Below, piece after piece: positions 14,796 to 31,430 of a stretch of DNA of 64,000 nucleotides; the first letter of the stretch is position 1, and every line of letters starts with the position of its first letter. Origin of the DNA: the human T2T-CHM13v2.0 reference genome, Homo sapiens. The stretch lies in NCBI RefSeq assembly GCF_009914755.1, contig NC_060929.1; one strand, 5' to 3'. The notes beneath the pieces were generated by a model, which saw only the letters and a program-made list of their open reading frames with translations, did not search any database and had not been told where the DNA came from. The translations under genes were made by a program, and so were the position numbers.

Positions 14796-15609
14796 AAAGC
14801 TCCTCTCTGTCTTCTTCTGCATTATCTTTTAAAATTTCTCCATTAATATCATAATGTATATTCATTTTTAAAAAAATTTAATGGTCACTATTGGTTTTAT
14901 TGTCTAAAATCAATAACAATTTTATCTTCCTTTTGAAAATCTTAGAACACTGTTGTTCCTGAACTCTTTATCTATTTACATGCTATCTTATTACTGTTTG
15001 TGTTTGTTGCAAATTTGCAAATTGGTTTTTATCTCTTAAGGTGTTTTACGTTTTTATTTTATATTTAGATATCAATGTTTATATATATTTTTCAACATAT
15101 TAACCACTTTCTCAACTCTTCCTTTTATATTGTGTCTCAGATCTCCCATCTGGGAATCTCTTTTCTTCTGACAGAAGTGTAGTTTAAATAGTCTTTTAAT
15201 GAGAATTTTCTACTGGAACACAATTTTTCTTTGTCTGAAAATTTTTTTTTACACTTACAATATTAAAAGATATTTTTGTTGGATATAGAATTCTGTGTGG
15301 ACAACTACTTCTCTCAGCATGTTGAAGGTGACATTCCACTGACATTTAGCTTCCAATTGATGTTTTAAATTAACTCATCCTTCATCTCTAGCTACATTTT
15401 ATACCTTATCTTTGCATTAGAAATTTGAAAGTTTTATTTTTAATGACTTTATTTTTATTTTTCTAGCTTTATATAATTAGGCTTAATTCTGTAGCTTCAA
15501 AAATATTCTTAGCTGTTGGCTCCTCAAATATTGCCTCTACTTCATTTTCTCTCTCTTCTCTTTCTAAAACTCCTACTGTGGTATTGGGCAACCTACAGTC
15601 CATAACTAC

Positions 15610-16089
15610 TGACAAAGATTCTCTCCTTGAGGCAACTAATCACAATCCTCTGGGCTCTTTTACAAACTAGGCCCCATCCTTAAGAGTCCAATTTTAACAA
15701 GAATTCTGTTAAGTCCATTTAGCCAGAATCCCTTATCCGTGACATCTGATCACTCTCATCTGACCAAATTCCTCATACCATACCATCTCCAAGGTCTGAT
15801 CACACTGGCTTGCCTTAAGCAAGTATCATGCTAGATAGGTTTAGCAGAATCCCCACCCCCAACCTTACCCTGTTGTTTCCACTTAGTAATGACAACTCCC
15901 TCCTGCTCACACCTGCACACTCTGCTCCTTGGCTATTAATTCTCATTTTTCTTTGTTGTACTCAGAGTTGAGACCAATCTTTCCACCCTACTGCAAAGCC
16001 CCATTTCAGTAGTTTCTTTAATAATGATAGCCCTGAATAAAGCCTGTCATGCCATTTTAACAAGTATCAGAATAATTTTTTCTTTCACA
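15610..16089 (+). mobile_element. MER31-type ERV1 solo LTR
   Basis: Starts tgacaaagattctctccttga, has AATAAA near 16036, ends aataattttttctttcaca; flanks ctac/ccac. Confidence 0.8.
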
Positions 16090-16806
16090 CCACCTATGTA
16101 GTGTGAATTTTGGTAGCAATGTATGTGAGGAGCAGCTTGTAGTTATGAATTCTGAGAGTTTTTTTTCCTCCTACACTCAGTGCCAGGGTTTGAGACAGGA
16201 AATTTTCTTTAAGGGTAAAATTTACATTTAGACTGTATGTGTAGCACTTAGAGGTATCATTTTAATGGTGATGATCTTCCACTAGACACCTCAAATTTAG
16301 TGGGCCCTGAGCTTGGCTTTCTAACCCCTGAATTCTAAAATGCTTCAAACTAAAACTCGATTTAAATTTATTTGGTAAATGTTCTTAACAGAAAAAAAAT
16401 CAGCTTTCATGTTCCATTTACCTTTATCAGCATCTTATTATTGCCTACTTTTTTGACAGTTCTTGGATTTGTATAAAGTGATTATAAAATAAATTTTTTT
16501 AGCATTTTTAGTTGCATACAATTGTTAGATCTGTTCAGAGAATATGCTGCTATACTGTTGTCAGGTCATTCATAATAAGATTGTAATTTGGTAAAAGAAA
16601 ATTGTCTTATTGCCCACATCTTTGATATAGAATGCATTGAAATACCACATATGTTACTTTGTGTAAGTAATACCATATACATTGTTCTCACAATATGTAG
16701 ACCTGATACTGTCAGTTTGTCGTTGGTCTTGCATCTCAAATTCTATTTTGTTTTTATCAGTGTTTTGGGCATTTTAGTACTCTTCACCAACCCAACCCAA
16801 ATATTT

Positions 16807-16987
16807 ACTAGTTGTAAGATCTTAGGAAGTTACTTAACTTTGTGCCTTGTTTTATTTGTAAGACAATAATCATAATGCTATATAAGCCACAGAGTTATTC
16901 TGAGGATTAAATGAGTTAATATGGTTAAAGTGTTCAGAATAATGCCTGGCACACAGTAATGCTAAATAAATATATAATATTATTATA
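16807..16987 (+). mobile_element. MIR
   Basis: aagttacttaac..gaggattaaatgagttaat..gcctggcacacagta. Confidence 0.85.
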
Positions 16988-17750
16988 TTTTCAAAAAAGA
17001 GGATTTAAACTCCCAAAGCATAACTTTTTAAACCTTGAAGCATAAAAAAAATAAAAAAATGTAGACTAATAACTTAAAGAATGTTTTTGTCTCCCTTCAG
17101 ATTCATTATTCATGACTGCTCTTCCCAATAACAAACACAATCAAAAGTTAACTCTTGGAAACTGTCTTATATTTGTTTTTCAACTCTTTCCTGGTAATTA
17201 ACATAAAGAAATGACATGTTTTGGTATTAGAGATGCTATTGGAAATTATTTCATTATTCAACTTCCAAATGTGGGAACTGCTTTCAGAACACGCATAAGA
17301 AATAACCATTAAAGCTTCAAATTTGCTGTGATACTTGAAGTAATGGGAATAACACCCCTTTTAAGGTACCCATTTGTTGTTGCTGGAAAGCTATAATTTA
17401 TGAAGTTCTATTTCATAATGTACCCAAATTACTCTCCCTCAAAATTCTGTGCATTTTATTTTGTTCTGCACCCTAAATAATGTATCTACTCCATCTTTCT
17501 TTCAAAATGAAAATGTACTCTTCCTCCAAAAATGAAAAAAAAATCAAATATTTTTTCAGCATGTAACAAAGTTCCTAGGGAAGAATAGGCATTAAAACGT
17601 TAGGTCCTCTTCTTTAACCTTCATCTTTTCAAAACATATCCTTTCACTTATTCCTCTCTCCTTATCCATCTCCCCTTCCTTTCATTTCTCTCTTTTCCTT
17701 CCTCCTTTCTTATTCCTGTCACAGCCCTTAGAAAATATATACCACATGTT

Positions 17751-18126
<376 letters not shown>

Positions 18127-18399
18127 TTATGATGTGGTTTCACAACTTTTCATCACTTTGATCATTTCTTTTATCATTTCCATTCTCTAATTGCATCTTA
18201 CAATGTAGCACGAAGTACTAAAGAAAGCACTAATTCCATTTCCTACATTGCTCTAGCTATCATGCTGCTAACATTATAAACCTTCACTGCGATTTTATGT
18301 ACCAAATCCAGGTTGGTTTACAATGAGCTTGAGGTTCTTCAAAATTATCATGGGCTTTCTACATTAATTGCTTCTAATTAAGGACTCCAGCATTCAGTG

Positions 18400-19150
18400 A
18401 TTGCAAATGTGCAATCACAATTATTCTAATGTCAGGATTTTAAATTTATTTTTATTAGATTGTATCTTAGACTTTCTGCAGTTTATTAGACTTTCTGTAA
18501 TTAGATGTATCTTAGACTTGTCTATAATTTGAGCCTGTCAAGATGTTTTTCATCTTTATTTGACAATTCATCCCAAGATGTGCCAGCAGAAAATTTGAAA
18601 AATCTGTTTTTCATTCTTTTGTCCAAGTTATTGAGCAGGTTTTTCACATATCCTTTTACCATTCCCCCAATACTAACCTATTATGACTCTCCAAACTTTG
18701 TTACTATGTGAACGATTACTTTTCATGACTTGATAAAAAGGCTTTATCAAATATCAAAATTTACATATGTGTGGTTCATCTGATCTGCCAATCTGGAAAC
18801 TACGTTTACAAAAAAAATTATTTTAATTTTTCATGACATTCTAAGTCAATTCATCTTCATTCCTAGAAAATGCATTTTTATTTAAAGTTCATAAACCATC
18901 TGCACAAAAATCTTTTTCTGGAATTTGCCTAAATGTACTTTAAATGTATTTAACAGTAGTATATGAAATCCCCCTCTTCCGTGTCTGAAAATCTGGGACA
19001 ACATGTGCTAGTGTTTAGATATCTGGTGGATGTTTTATAACCAATGGATTCCTCAAACCTACTAAAAATGCTTGTGTTCAAATCTGATGAATATATTTTC
19101 TTGATACTCCTCTGTAACTAACTTAAATTATCTGAATACAGGTGCTTTGA
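18400..19150 (-). mobile_element. Highly diverged CR1/L3 LINE RT relic
   Basis: Minus-strand remnants resembling ANVVPIF (about 18990-19010), LDFSKAFD (about 18735-18760) and KFADDT (about 18570-18600) in the expected order; boundaries uncertain. Confidence 0.5.
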
Positions 19151-20629
19151 ATTCATTTACAAAGTTGTACTATCTCACTGTTCTATATAGTATCTCATGT
19201 TTTAATCATTCCAAAATGTTTGTAATATCTGTTCTATTCCTTCCAATTTGAAGATAATTCTACTAGATGGGGAAGATAGAAGTAAATACAGCTTGTACAG
19301 TAGTCCTTTTTCCTTCTCTGCCTTCACCAACTTTATAAAACATTGAGTTGGTCCCTTCTATTTTATTTAATTCACTAATATACTATAAATCATCTTTTGT
19401 TTCCTTAGTTTTTTTTCACATGCTATAAAATATTTTCACCACTGGTCTAATGAATTTTAACCTCAAACATTGAATGTTTGCCTCTAACATTGGTGATGCT
19501 TTTTAATGATCTGCCTTCTATTTCCTAATTTTAAACCTCAGGTTATCAGCAATTTTCTCATTTGGGCAATTTTTTAAAAATTGTTTGCTTCTTCTTCTCA
19601 TGTGTGTTTTATAAAACTTTATTTTAAGACTTTAGAGGTTTTTGTCATTAGAAAAAAAAAATAACTTTTCTCATATTTAAAAAAAAAACTGATTTCCTAA
19701 CACCTAGTATACATGTACCCATATCTGACTGTGTTAATTACTCAATTAACTTTATGGTCAGAATCATCAAAATTCTATGTTTATTTTCTCTCAAACTTTC
19801 TATTACTTTTGCATCATTAGCCATTTCTCCTTTAATTCCAGAAATAAGTCCAGATTAACAATAACCCTTGCTCCTTTTTCTAATTTCTAAAATCAATTTT
19901 GGTTAAAGATTACCATTAGATGTCCAGATAATTGGCACTTTTTAGTCACTGTTTTGTTTTGCTGCTGTAATTATCCATATTCTCTAAGTGTCTAGAATAT
20001 CTGTAGCCTATTTATTTCCCCAACATTATTACTTCTTTCTTCTCAGTGTATACTTGCCTGTAGGCTGTCAGCCCCTTCCTCTATGCTTCCCAACAAGTTC
20101 TTGAATTGTCGTGCACATATTTTTAACCTCTAGTGCCAATTTATTTTCAATTTTTATATTCAATCCATAAATAGTGCTGCAAAAGTCTCAAGTATACTCA
20201 TAAAAACTTGAATTTTGTTATTTTAAAAATCAATCTTACTCCATCACATACAATCCATGCAATGAAGTACAAATATATCTATGACATAGGTATTGTAAGT
20301 ATATATCTATGGCATATATATGACATATGAACATTGTCCTGTTCATCATCTTTAGTTTCTCCCTGATAATTACTAAAGTTTTTTCTACAATTTTTTTATT
20401 GCTATTTACAATACAATCTTATCCTATATAGTATGTGGTTGGCCAGTATAAGTCAGGATTGTGTTCTTCTCTTGGATTCATATTTCACTTTAATGCTTTG
20501 ATGAATTCAATATATTGCCTGCCAAATGGTAATTATAATTTTCTAAAGAGCACCTTGACTCTTGGATGTAGACCACCACTCAATATTTTAGTCATCATCT
20601 ATGAAATAATCTTTTCTGCAATGTCAAGT

Positions 20630-20830
20630 ATATATTATTTGAGTTATTAGTTCAACACCTATGAAATAGTTTCTGGGGATGAAGTGGTGCCAACACTCAC
20701 AGGGTTTCTACCCTCATGGTGGGCACACTACTATGAGGGAGACAGTAAATAACTAATCACATACAGTAATTACAGAATGTGACTAGAGCTATAAGAAAAT
20801 ATACAAGAAGATGTTACAGGGAGAAACTGA
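20630..20830 (-). mobile_element. L2 3' fragment
   Basis: ctggggat..ctaccctcatgg..gggagacag..aaataa pattern. Confidence 0.6.
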
Positions 20831-20968
20831 AAAAGAAGAAATTACATGAGACATGGATATAACTGCAAAAAGTAGACCTCAAGTAGAATAAAATATTTTT
20901 TAAAAATTATTGTTCTTCATCCACTCTGTTTCCTTTCCACTGTTTAAAGATGACTAGGGATCCATCAG

Positions 20969-23246
<2,278 letters not shown>

Positions 23247-23828
23247 TTAAAAGACTAGGTATACCTTTTTGTTCCCATATGAGTTAGTTGAAGCCAAAGA
23301 GTTTGAAAATTTTAGAAGGGTTCTTGAATACATCAGTAACAAAGACAATAACCACCAGTGATGAAACTACATATATTTCCATATCTACATTAGAGACTCA
23401 ATAACCATGAAAATTCATTTTTCTCCATGGGGCTGTTAGAAGGAGTCACCCATTTTTAATGTGCACCCATTTGCTCATCTTAAGCTTACATTGGATACTT
23501 TTTGATGTTATTTCCTCAGAATACCCAAATTTACTGTCCTGTTCAATGGGTAAAAATTGGCTCAAATAGTGATTTTTTTCCCCTTCTCTTTTTTCTCCAT
23601 TATGTTATTTCATTCATCAGCCACTTGACACTGACTTTGACACTTTTTTTATTCCTTTAGACTCCTTCTTTTGTAAAATCTCTTCCATCTTGTCCAGTAA
23701 AACTTATCATGCTTTTTTAAAAAGTAAAAAATAGATAGGCATTTTTCAAGATCAATAATTATACTCACAGCATTTAGTAATTCTCCTCCCAGTCTAGTGT
23801 AGGAAGCTCATATAAAAACATCTACACT

Positions 23829-24280
<452 letters not shown>

Positions 24281-24813
24281 CTACCCTGATACTTCCATGC
24301 ATTCAACCGTCCAGAGGACAACCAGTCAAGTGATTGAACAAGGACTAAAATTAAGTCTTAGAATTCCAAGTCAAGTGATCCTTCCAATATAAAACAGAAT
24401 GAAATGGAAATTTGATAAGTTGCCAGGTTGTCAGAGTTCATACTGAAACTTGATGTTCCCTCATACTCACTTTTATTAGTTTATAGGCAAATTGATCAAG
24501 TACAATGGTGATTTCCAAACTTTATAAATTTTATGCAATGTAGGAAGAGTCTCGGGCTAACAAAAAAAAAATGGCATAACATGTAACAATTAAAATAATT
24601 AACCAAACATTTAGTAAGTGTTCTAAAATTATTATGATTCAACAAATACTATGTCAATGTATAGTTTCAAGTAGTTGATATGATCATAAATGAAAAGGCT
24701 TAATTATCTGTCTTAATGTCAATGCTTTTATATTTCATACTTCTTACAGCTTTTGTTAAATATCCCTGGAGATGGATGGGTAACATGGAATTATGCACTT
24801 CAAACATAAAGCC

Positions 24814-25200
24814 TAATATGGTTTGGCTGGGTCCTCACCCAGAATCTCATCTTGAATTGTAATCCCCACAAGCCCTATGGTCCCCAAGTGTCAAGGGCAG
24901 GACCAAAGGTAGAGGTAATTAGAACATGGGGGTGGTTTTCCCCATGCTGTTCTCATCATAGTGAGTGAGTCTCACAAGATCTGATGGTTTTATAAGCATC
25001 TGGCATTTCCACTGCTTGCACTACTCCATCCTGTCATCCTGTGAAGAAGGTGCCTGCTTGTCCTGTGCCTTCTGCCATGAGTGTATGTTTCCTGAGGCCT
25101 CCCCAGCAAAGTGGAACTGTGAGCCAATTAAATTTATTCCCTTTATAAATTACTTAGTCTCGGTTACTTCTTCATACCACTGTGAGAAGGGAGTAATACA
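24814..25200 (+). mobile_element. MSTA-type MaLR solo LTR
   Basis: taatatggtttggct...gagtaataca with perfect 5-bp TSD aagcc. Confidence 0.92.
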
Positions 25201-25915
25201 AAGCCACAGTGGTTTTTCCCAATCTATCAATATTATACCCCATATCTAAAATAAAAGTTGAAATTTTAAAAATTAAGTAACAGGTATAAATATTAGGAAA
25301 ACATTCCTTCAATATTAAACTATTTTATATTTTACCAGTGGAAATGTGAAGTTCTATAGATAATGAGCTAATCATTTCTTTCCTATAATAAGTACTAGGG
25401 AAATTCACTCTTTAACTGCTTAGGAGATTTTGCATAAAATCTTGATAGCTATGATATAACTTTGCTCTTATGTATATTATTTTCTCAGGTTATGTTTTCA
25501 AATTATTTGGGGGGAATTTTAGTCATAACTTTCAGTAAAATAATAAAGTAGGTTATCTACTATCCATAGATTAATAATAGAAAGTTATAAAGTTTAATGT
25601 TTCTCACTATGAAGGAAAAAAATAAACTTAATTAGCACATTAAATTGTTTTTGAAAATTAATTAGCGAACTAATTTGCCAAAGGCTTTCCCATCTTTTCG
25701 GAAAATCAGGCATTATGACAGGTGAATATATACCTGTAGAAAACTTGATTTTATTATTTATTTTACATGCTATTATCTCTCCAAATTCCCCCCATTTTAG
25801 AATAGCAAAACAGCATATAAAAGTGACTAGTGTTCAACTTAGTGGCATGTCAGGATGCTTAATGGAAAAGACAGAATGACAGGGGCACAATATGCAAGCA
25901 AGCTTTCTAGAGGCC

Positions 25916-28183
25916 TGTATAAGTCCATATTAATGCTGCTGATAAAGACATACCCAAGACTGGGAAGAAAAAGAAGTTTAATTGGACTTACAGTTCCACA
26001 TGGCTGGGGAGGCCTCAGTTCATGGCAGGAGGTAAAAGGAACTTCTTGTATGGAAGCAGCAAGAGAAAATGAGGAAGCAAAAGTGGAAACCCCTGATAAA
26101 CCCATCAGATCTCATGAGACTTATTCACTATCATGAGAATACCACAGGAAACACTGGCCCCCATGATTCAGTTATCTCCTCCAGGTCCTTCCCACAACAC
26201 GTGGGAATTCTGGGAGATATAATTCAAGTTGAGATTTGGGTGAGGACACAGCTAAACCATATCATTCTGCCCCTGGCCCCTCCAAAATCTCATGTCCTCA
26301 CATTTCAAAAGCAATCATGCCTTCCCAACAGTCCCCCAAAGCCTTAACTCATTTCAACATTAACTCAAAAGTCCACAGTCCAAAGTCTCATCTGAGACAA
26401 GGCAAGTCCCTTCTACCTACGAGCCTGTAAAATCAAAAGCAAGCTAGTTACATGCTGGATACGATGAGGGTACAGGTATTGGATAAATACAGCCACTCCA
26501 AATAGGAGAAATTAGCCGAAACAAAGGGGTTACAGGGCCCATGCAAGTCCAAAATAAAATGGGGCAGTCAAATTTTAAAGCTCCAAAATTCTCTCCTTTT
26601 ACTCCAGGCCTCATATCCAAGTCATGCTGATGCAAGAGGTGGGTTCCCATGGTCTTGGCCAGCTCCACCCCTGTGGCTTTGCAGGGTACAGCCTCCCTCC
26701 CAGCTGCTTTCACGGGCTGGCATTGAGTGTCTGCAGCTTTTCCAGGTGGAGAGTGTAAGCTGTCGGTGGATCTACCATTCTGGGGTCTGTAGGACGGTGG
26801 TCCTCTTCTCACAGCTCCACTAGGCAGTGCCTGAGTAGGGACTCTATGTGGGGGCTCCAACCCCACATTTTTCTTCTGCACTTCCCTAGCAGAGGTTCTG
26901 CATGAAGAACCTGCCTCTGCAGCAAACTTTTGCTTGGGTATCCAGGCGTTTCCATACATCTTCTGAAATCTAGGCGGAGGTTCTCAAACCTCAATTCTTG
27001 ACTTCTGTGTACCCACAGGCTCAACACCATGTGGAAGCTGCCAAGGCGTCGGCCTTCCACCCTCTAAAGCCACAGCCCAAGGTGTATGTTGGCCCCTTTC
27101 AGCCACAGCTGGAGCAGCTGGGACATAGGGCACCAAGTCCCTAGGCCACACACAGCACAGGGTCTCTGGGCCTGGCCCACAAAACCACTTTTTCCTCTTG
27201 GGCTTCCTGGCCGGTGATTAGAAGGGCTTCTTTGAAAGTCTCTGACATGGTCTGGAGACATTTCCTCATGGTCTTGGGGATTAACATAAGGCTCCTTGCT
27301 ACTTATGCAAATTTCTGCAGCCAGCTTGAATTTCTCCCCAGAAAATGGGTTTTTCTTTTCACATTGTGAGGTTATAAATTTTCCAAACTTTCATGCTCTA
27401 CTTCCCTTATAAAACTGAATGCCTTTAACAGTACCCAAGTCACCTCTTGAGTGCTTTGCTGCTTAGAAATTTCTTCCAGCAAATACCCTAAATCATCTTT
27501 CTCAAGTTCAAAGTTCCACAAATCACTATGGCAGGGGCAAAATGCCACCAGTCTCTTTGTTAAAACATAACAAAAGTCACCTTTACTCCAGCTCCCAATG
27601 AGTTCCTTATCTCCATGTGAGACCACATCAGCCTGGACCTTATTGTCCATATTCCTATCAGCATTTTGGGCAAAGACATTCAACAAGTCTCTATGAAGTT
27701 CCAAACCTTGCCACATTTTTCTGTCTTCTTCTGGACCCTATGAAGTGTTCCAACCTCTGCCTGTTACCAGTTCCAAAGTTGCTTCCACATTTTTGGGTAT
27801 GTTTTCAGCAACACCCCACTCCCAGTACCAATTAACTGTATTACTCCATTTTCACACTACTGATAAAGACATACCCCAAACTGGGAAGCAAAAGATATTT
27901 AATGGACTTACAGTTCCACATGGCTAGGGAGGCCTCAGAATCATGGTGGGAGGCGAAAGGAATTTCTTGCATGGCAGCAGGAAGAGAAAATGAGGAAGAA
28001 GCAAAAGTGTAAACCCCTGATAAACCCATCAGATCTTGTGAGACTTATTCACTATCATGAGAATATAAAGGGAAAGACTAGCCCCATGATTCAATTACCT
28101 CCCCCTGGGTCCCTCCCATAACACATGGGAATTCTGGGAGATACAATTCAAGTTGAGTTTTGGGTGGGGACGCAGCCATATCA
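25916..28183 (-). mobile_element. Complete THE1 MaLR provirus (LTRs 25916-26264 and 27837-28183, internal 26265-27836)
   Basis: Two homologous LTRs around an internal region of about 1.57 kb; TSD aggcc/agacc. Confidence 0.96.
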
Positions 28184-28414
28184 AGACCACTATTTGTGAG
28201 TATGCACGAACAGCTTGTATAAACTCTCGGACTTATTTTTCTTGCTCTACTTTATTCAGATAAGTTCTACAAAAAGAATATGATTTCTATAGGTCAAAAA
28301 GGTCAAAAGCATTAGGATCCATCAGGCTAGTAAGTACACTGAAATATAAGGTTTCTTGAGTACTGACAACTTTTTTCAATATTCAAACAAATGTTAGTAA
28401 ACAATCACACATGC

Positions 28415-28779
28415 TTTCTTCGTCCATTTTCATGCTGCTAATAAAGACATACCCAAGACTGGGTAATTTATACAGGAAAGAGGATTAATGGACTCACAGT
28501 TCCACATGGCTGGGAAGGCTTCACAACTATGGCAGAAGGCAAGAAGGAGCAAGTTACATCTTACATGGATGGCAGCAGGCAAAGAGAGAGCCTGTGTAGG
28601 GAAACTCCCCCTTATAAAAACATCAGATCTCATGAGACTTTTCACTATCATGAGACCAGTATGGGAAATACCTGCCCCCATGATTCAATTACCACCCACA
28701 GGGTTCCTCTCACAACACATGGGAATTTTAGGAGCTACAATTCATGAGATTTGGGTGGGGACACAGCCAAACCACATCA
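28415..28779 (-). mobile_element. THE1 solo LTR
   Basis: THE1 LTR sequence with perfect TSD catgc (28410-28414 and 28780-28784). Confidence 0.95.
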
Positions 28780-28935
28780 CATGCAAATTAATCTTCATAA
28801 TTTTTATGATTTATAATTATATCACTAATAATGCTACATGCTCCTTGTGGATAATTGGAAAATATACTATAGGCAAAATTTAAAAACTTAAATCACTTAA
28901 TATTACCAACTAGATATATCATTTTAGTGTATATT

Positions 28936-29277
28936 TGCAATGGACTGAACAATTATATCCCCCAAAAATTCGTAGTTTGGAATCCTATCCCCCAAGGTGA
29001 TGGTGTGAGGAGATGGGCCTTTATGAAGTCTTTAGAAAATTATATTAGTGCTTTTATAAAAGGAACCCTAGATACATCCATCGTCCCTTCCACCACATGA
29101 GGATGCAATGAGAAGGTGCCATTTGTGAACTAGAAAACAGGCCCTCAAGACACTGAATCTGCCTAGGCTTCAATCTTGGACTTTCCATTCCCTAGAACTG
29201 TGAGAAATAAATTTATGCTCTTTATGAGCTACACAGTTTATGATATTTTATTATAGCAGCTTGAACAGACTAAGATA
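28936..29277 (+). mobile_element. MLT1A-type MaLR solo LTR
   Basis: tgcaatggactgaa..atcttggacttt..agaactgtgagaaataaattt..gactaagata; TSD atatt. Confidence 0.9.
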
Positions 29278-29372
29278 ATATTTTTTTCTATTTTGTGAAA
29301 TATAATTTAAAATTGTCACCATAAAGTGTTGTTTTCTTTAACCTCCTCCTTGCTCCTCTTTTTCTCTTTCAG

Positions 29373-29417
29373 TAAAAATGTCTGTGCTATGTGAAAAGAT
29401 TAAAAAAATAAATGCAG
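29373..29417 (+). other. Candidate 45-bp internal exon (host transcript unidentified)
   Basis: Branch-like ttaac, about 30-nt pyrimidine tract and cag acceptor; donor CAG|GTAAGA; one open frame (x)KMSVLCEKIKKINA. Confidence 0.5.
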
Positions 29418-29959
29418 GTAAGAAAATCATGTTCCATGGTTGATGATAGAACATAAAGCATTTTTTAAGCCACATAATTGTGACAACACTTTCTGAAATG
29501 ACATTTGATAATTACTCATCAGAAACCTCCTACAAATAGGAGCCAATCAAAAGTCCATGCACTTAGTTTATTGTCTAGTCAAACTTGAGTCAATAAAGTT
29601 TTGGAAAACCTTTCTGAAATTAATTGCTCTAAGTCTTTTCTATTTTAAACCCATCAAAATGATGACAGTGGTGATAGTAACTTTACCAGGCAATAAATGT
29701 AAACCATGGTTTGTTTATTTTACTTATAAATAATAAATGCCTTCCTTTGTAATATAATTGTCAGTATGGGGCCATTTATTACTAAGCACTGAGATACAAA
29801 AGTTTTGTGAGCCAAAAGCAAAACAATCTGTGTGCTCTGCTGGTCAAATTACTTTTGAACATTCAATCGATTTCCTTAAATTTCAGAAAGCTTAATGAGT
29901 TATCAGAGTTATCAGAATCATAAAATGAACACATCCATCCAATTGCAAATACAATTTGA

Positions 29960-31430
29960 AAATAGAACCTTATCTTCACTTCACAAAGCTCATGTCCCTT
30001 CCCAGTAACTAATAACCTTACAGCCCTTTCCGTTCTTCAATTGTATTCTGACATCTGACACCAAAAATTAGTTCTGAACTTAATGTCAGTGGAATCTAAC
30101 ATGTAGTTTCTTCTTCTTTTTCTCATATTATATGTGTGAGTTTCATCCAAATTGCTCTACATAGCAGTAACCTATTCAATTTCATTGCTGAGTAGCATTC
30201 GCTTATACAAATATGCCACAATGTACACATTAATTCCAGTATGAATATGCTGCTGTAAATATTCTAGTATATGTCATTTGACCCACACATGCACTCATTC
30301 TTTTGAATATTTAGTTAAGAGTGAAATTGTTGAATCATAGGTTATGTTATATGCTCAACTTAGTAAATTCTGACAAAAAGTTTTCCAAACTAGTTGTACT
30401 AACTTACACCCCCAACAGCAGTACAAGAACGTCTTAGTTGCTTGACATATTTACCAAGATTTTTGTCAGCATTTTAATTTTATTTTTAAAAATACATTGT
30501 CAGTATTTTTAAATCTTAGTGATTATCAAGGGTGTATTTCATTTGAATTTTAATTATCATTTCCTGATAACTATCTGGGTTGAGAATGCTTTCACATTTG
30601 TTGGCCATTTTGTTGTTTTTGTAAAGTGTCTGCTCGTATATTTTTCTGTTTTCTATTGGGGTGTCAATCTTTTTTCATATTGATCTGGAAAAAGAGATTA
30701 TTGTGGATTGTATGGTTTGCAAATATCTTCTCCCATTACACACCTTGACTTTTCACTGGTTCAATGGTGGCTCTTTATGAACAGATTTTCCTAACTTTAA
30801 CGTAGTTCAGTAAATCAGTCATGATTTTTATATGTTTTATGCCTTGTATGTCCTATTTAAGAAATTTTCAGACATCCCCAAATCAAGGTTTTTTGTATAT
30901 GTTGTGTTCGAGGTGCATTATTATGTCTCTTTTATATTGAGATGTATAACTCACCTGCAATTAACTTTTGTATATAAGTAATGGGTAATATTTAATACTT
31001 TTTTCTTTTTGGATGTCTAGTTTATCCAGGCTTTTATTTTTTTTAAGAATTTACTTGATCCACTGCCTAGCAGTACCACCCTTATCATAAATCTAATGTT
31101 TATAAATGTGTTAGTTTATAATTAGAATATATTCCATCCTGTTGGACAATCTGACTGTCCTTATAGAAACACCAAAATATTTTTAAATAATGTGGCTTTT
31201 CAATAAAACTTGCTATCCAGTAGCATGCATCTCTAATTTTGTTCTCCTTTAAGAATATATTTACTATGCTTAGCTCTTTATATTTCCATATAAATTTTAG
31301 AAATTGTATGTTAGTTTTCACCAAAAGACCTGCTAAAATTTTGAATGAGATTGCATTAAATTTATAGATCAACTCTGAGACTTTTTTTTTTTTTTTTTAC
31401 CATATTGAATCTTTCATTTCATGAACAAGG
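29960..31430 (-). mobile_element. Old L1ME-type 3' region and ORF2
   Basis: ORF 31100-31372 (IYKFNAISFKI..LKFIWK) is L1 ORF2-like. Confidence 0.85.

Noticed and set aside
24750-24779. 30-bp micro-exon candidate (ttcttacag ... gtaaca)
   Set aside because: Weak donor and no independent support.
26444-26959. 171-aa ORF
   Set aside because: Lies inside the THE1 internal region; a fragment of the degenerate MaLR ORF, not a host gene.
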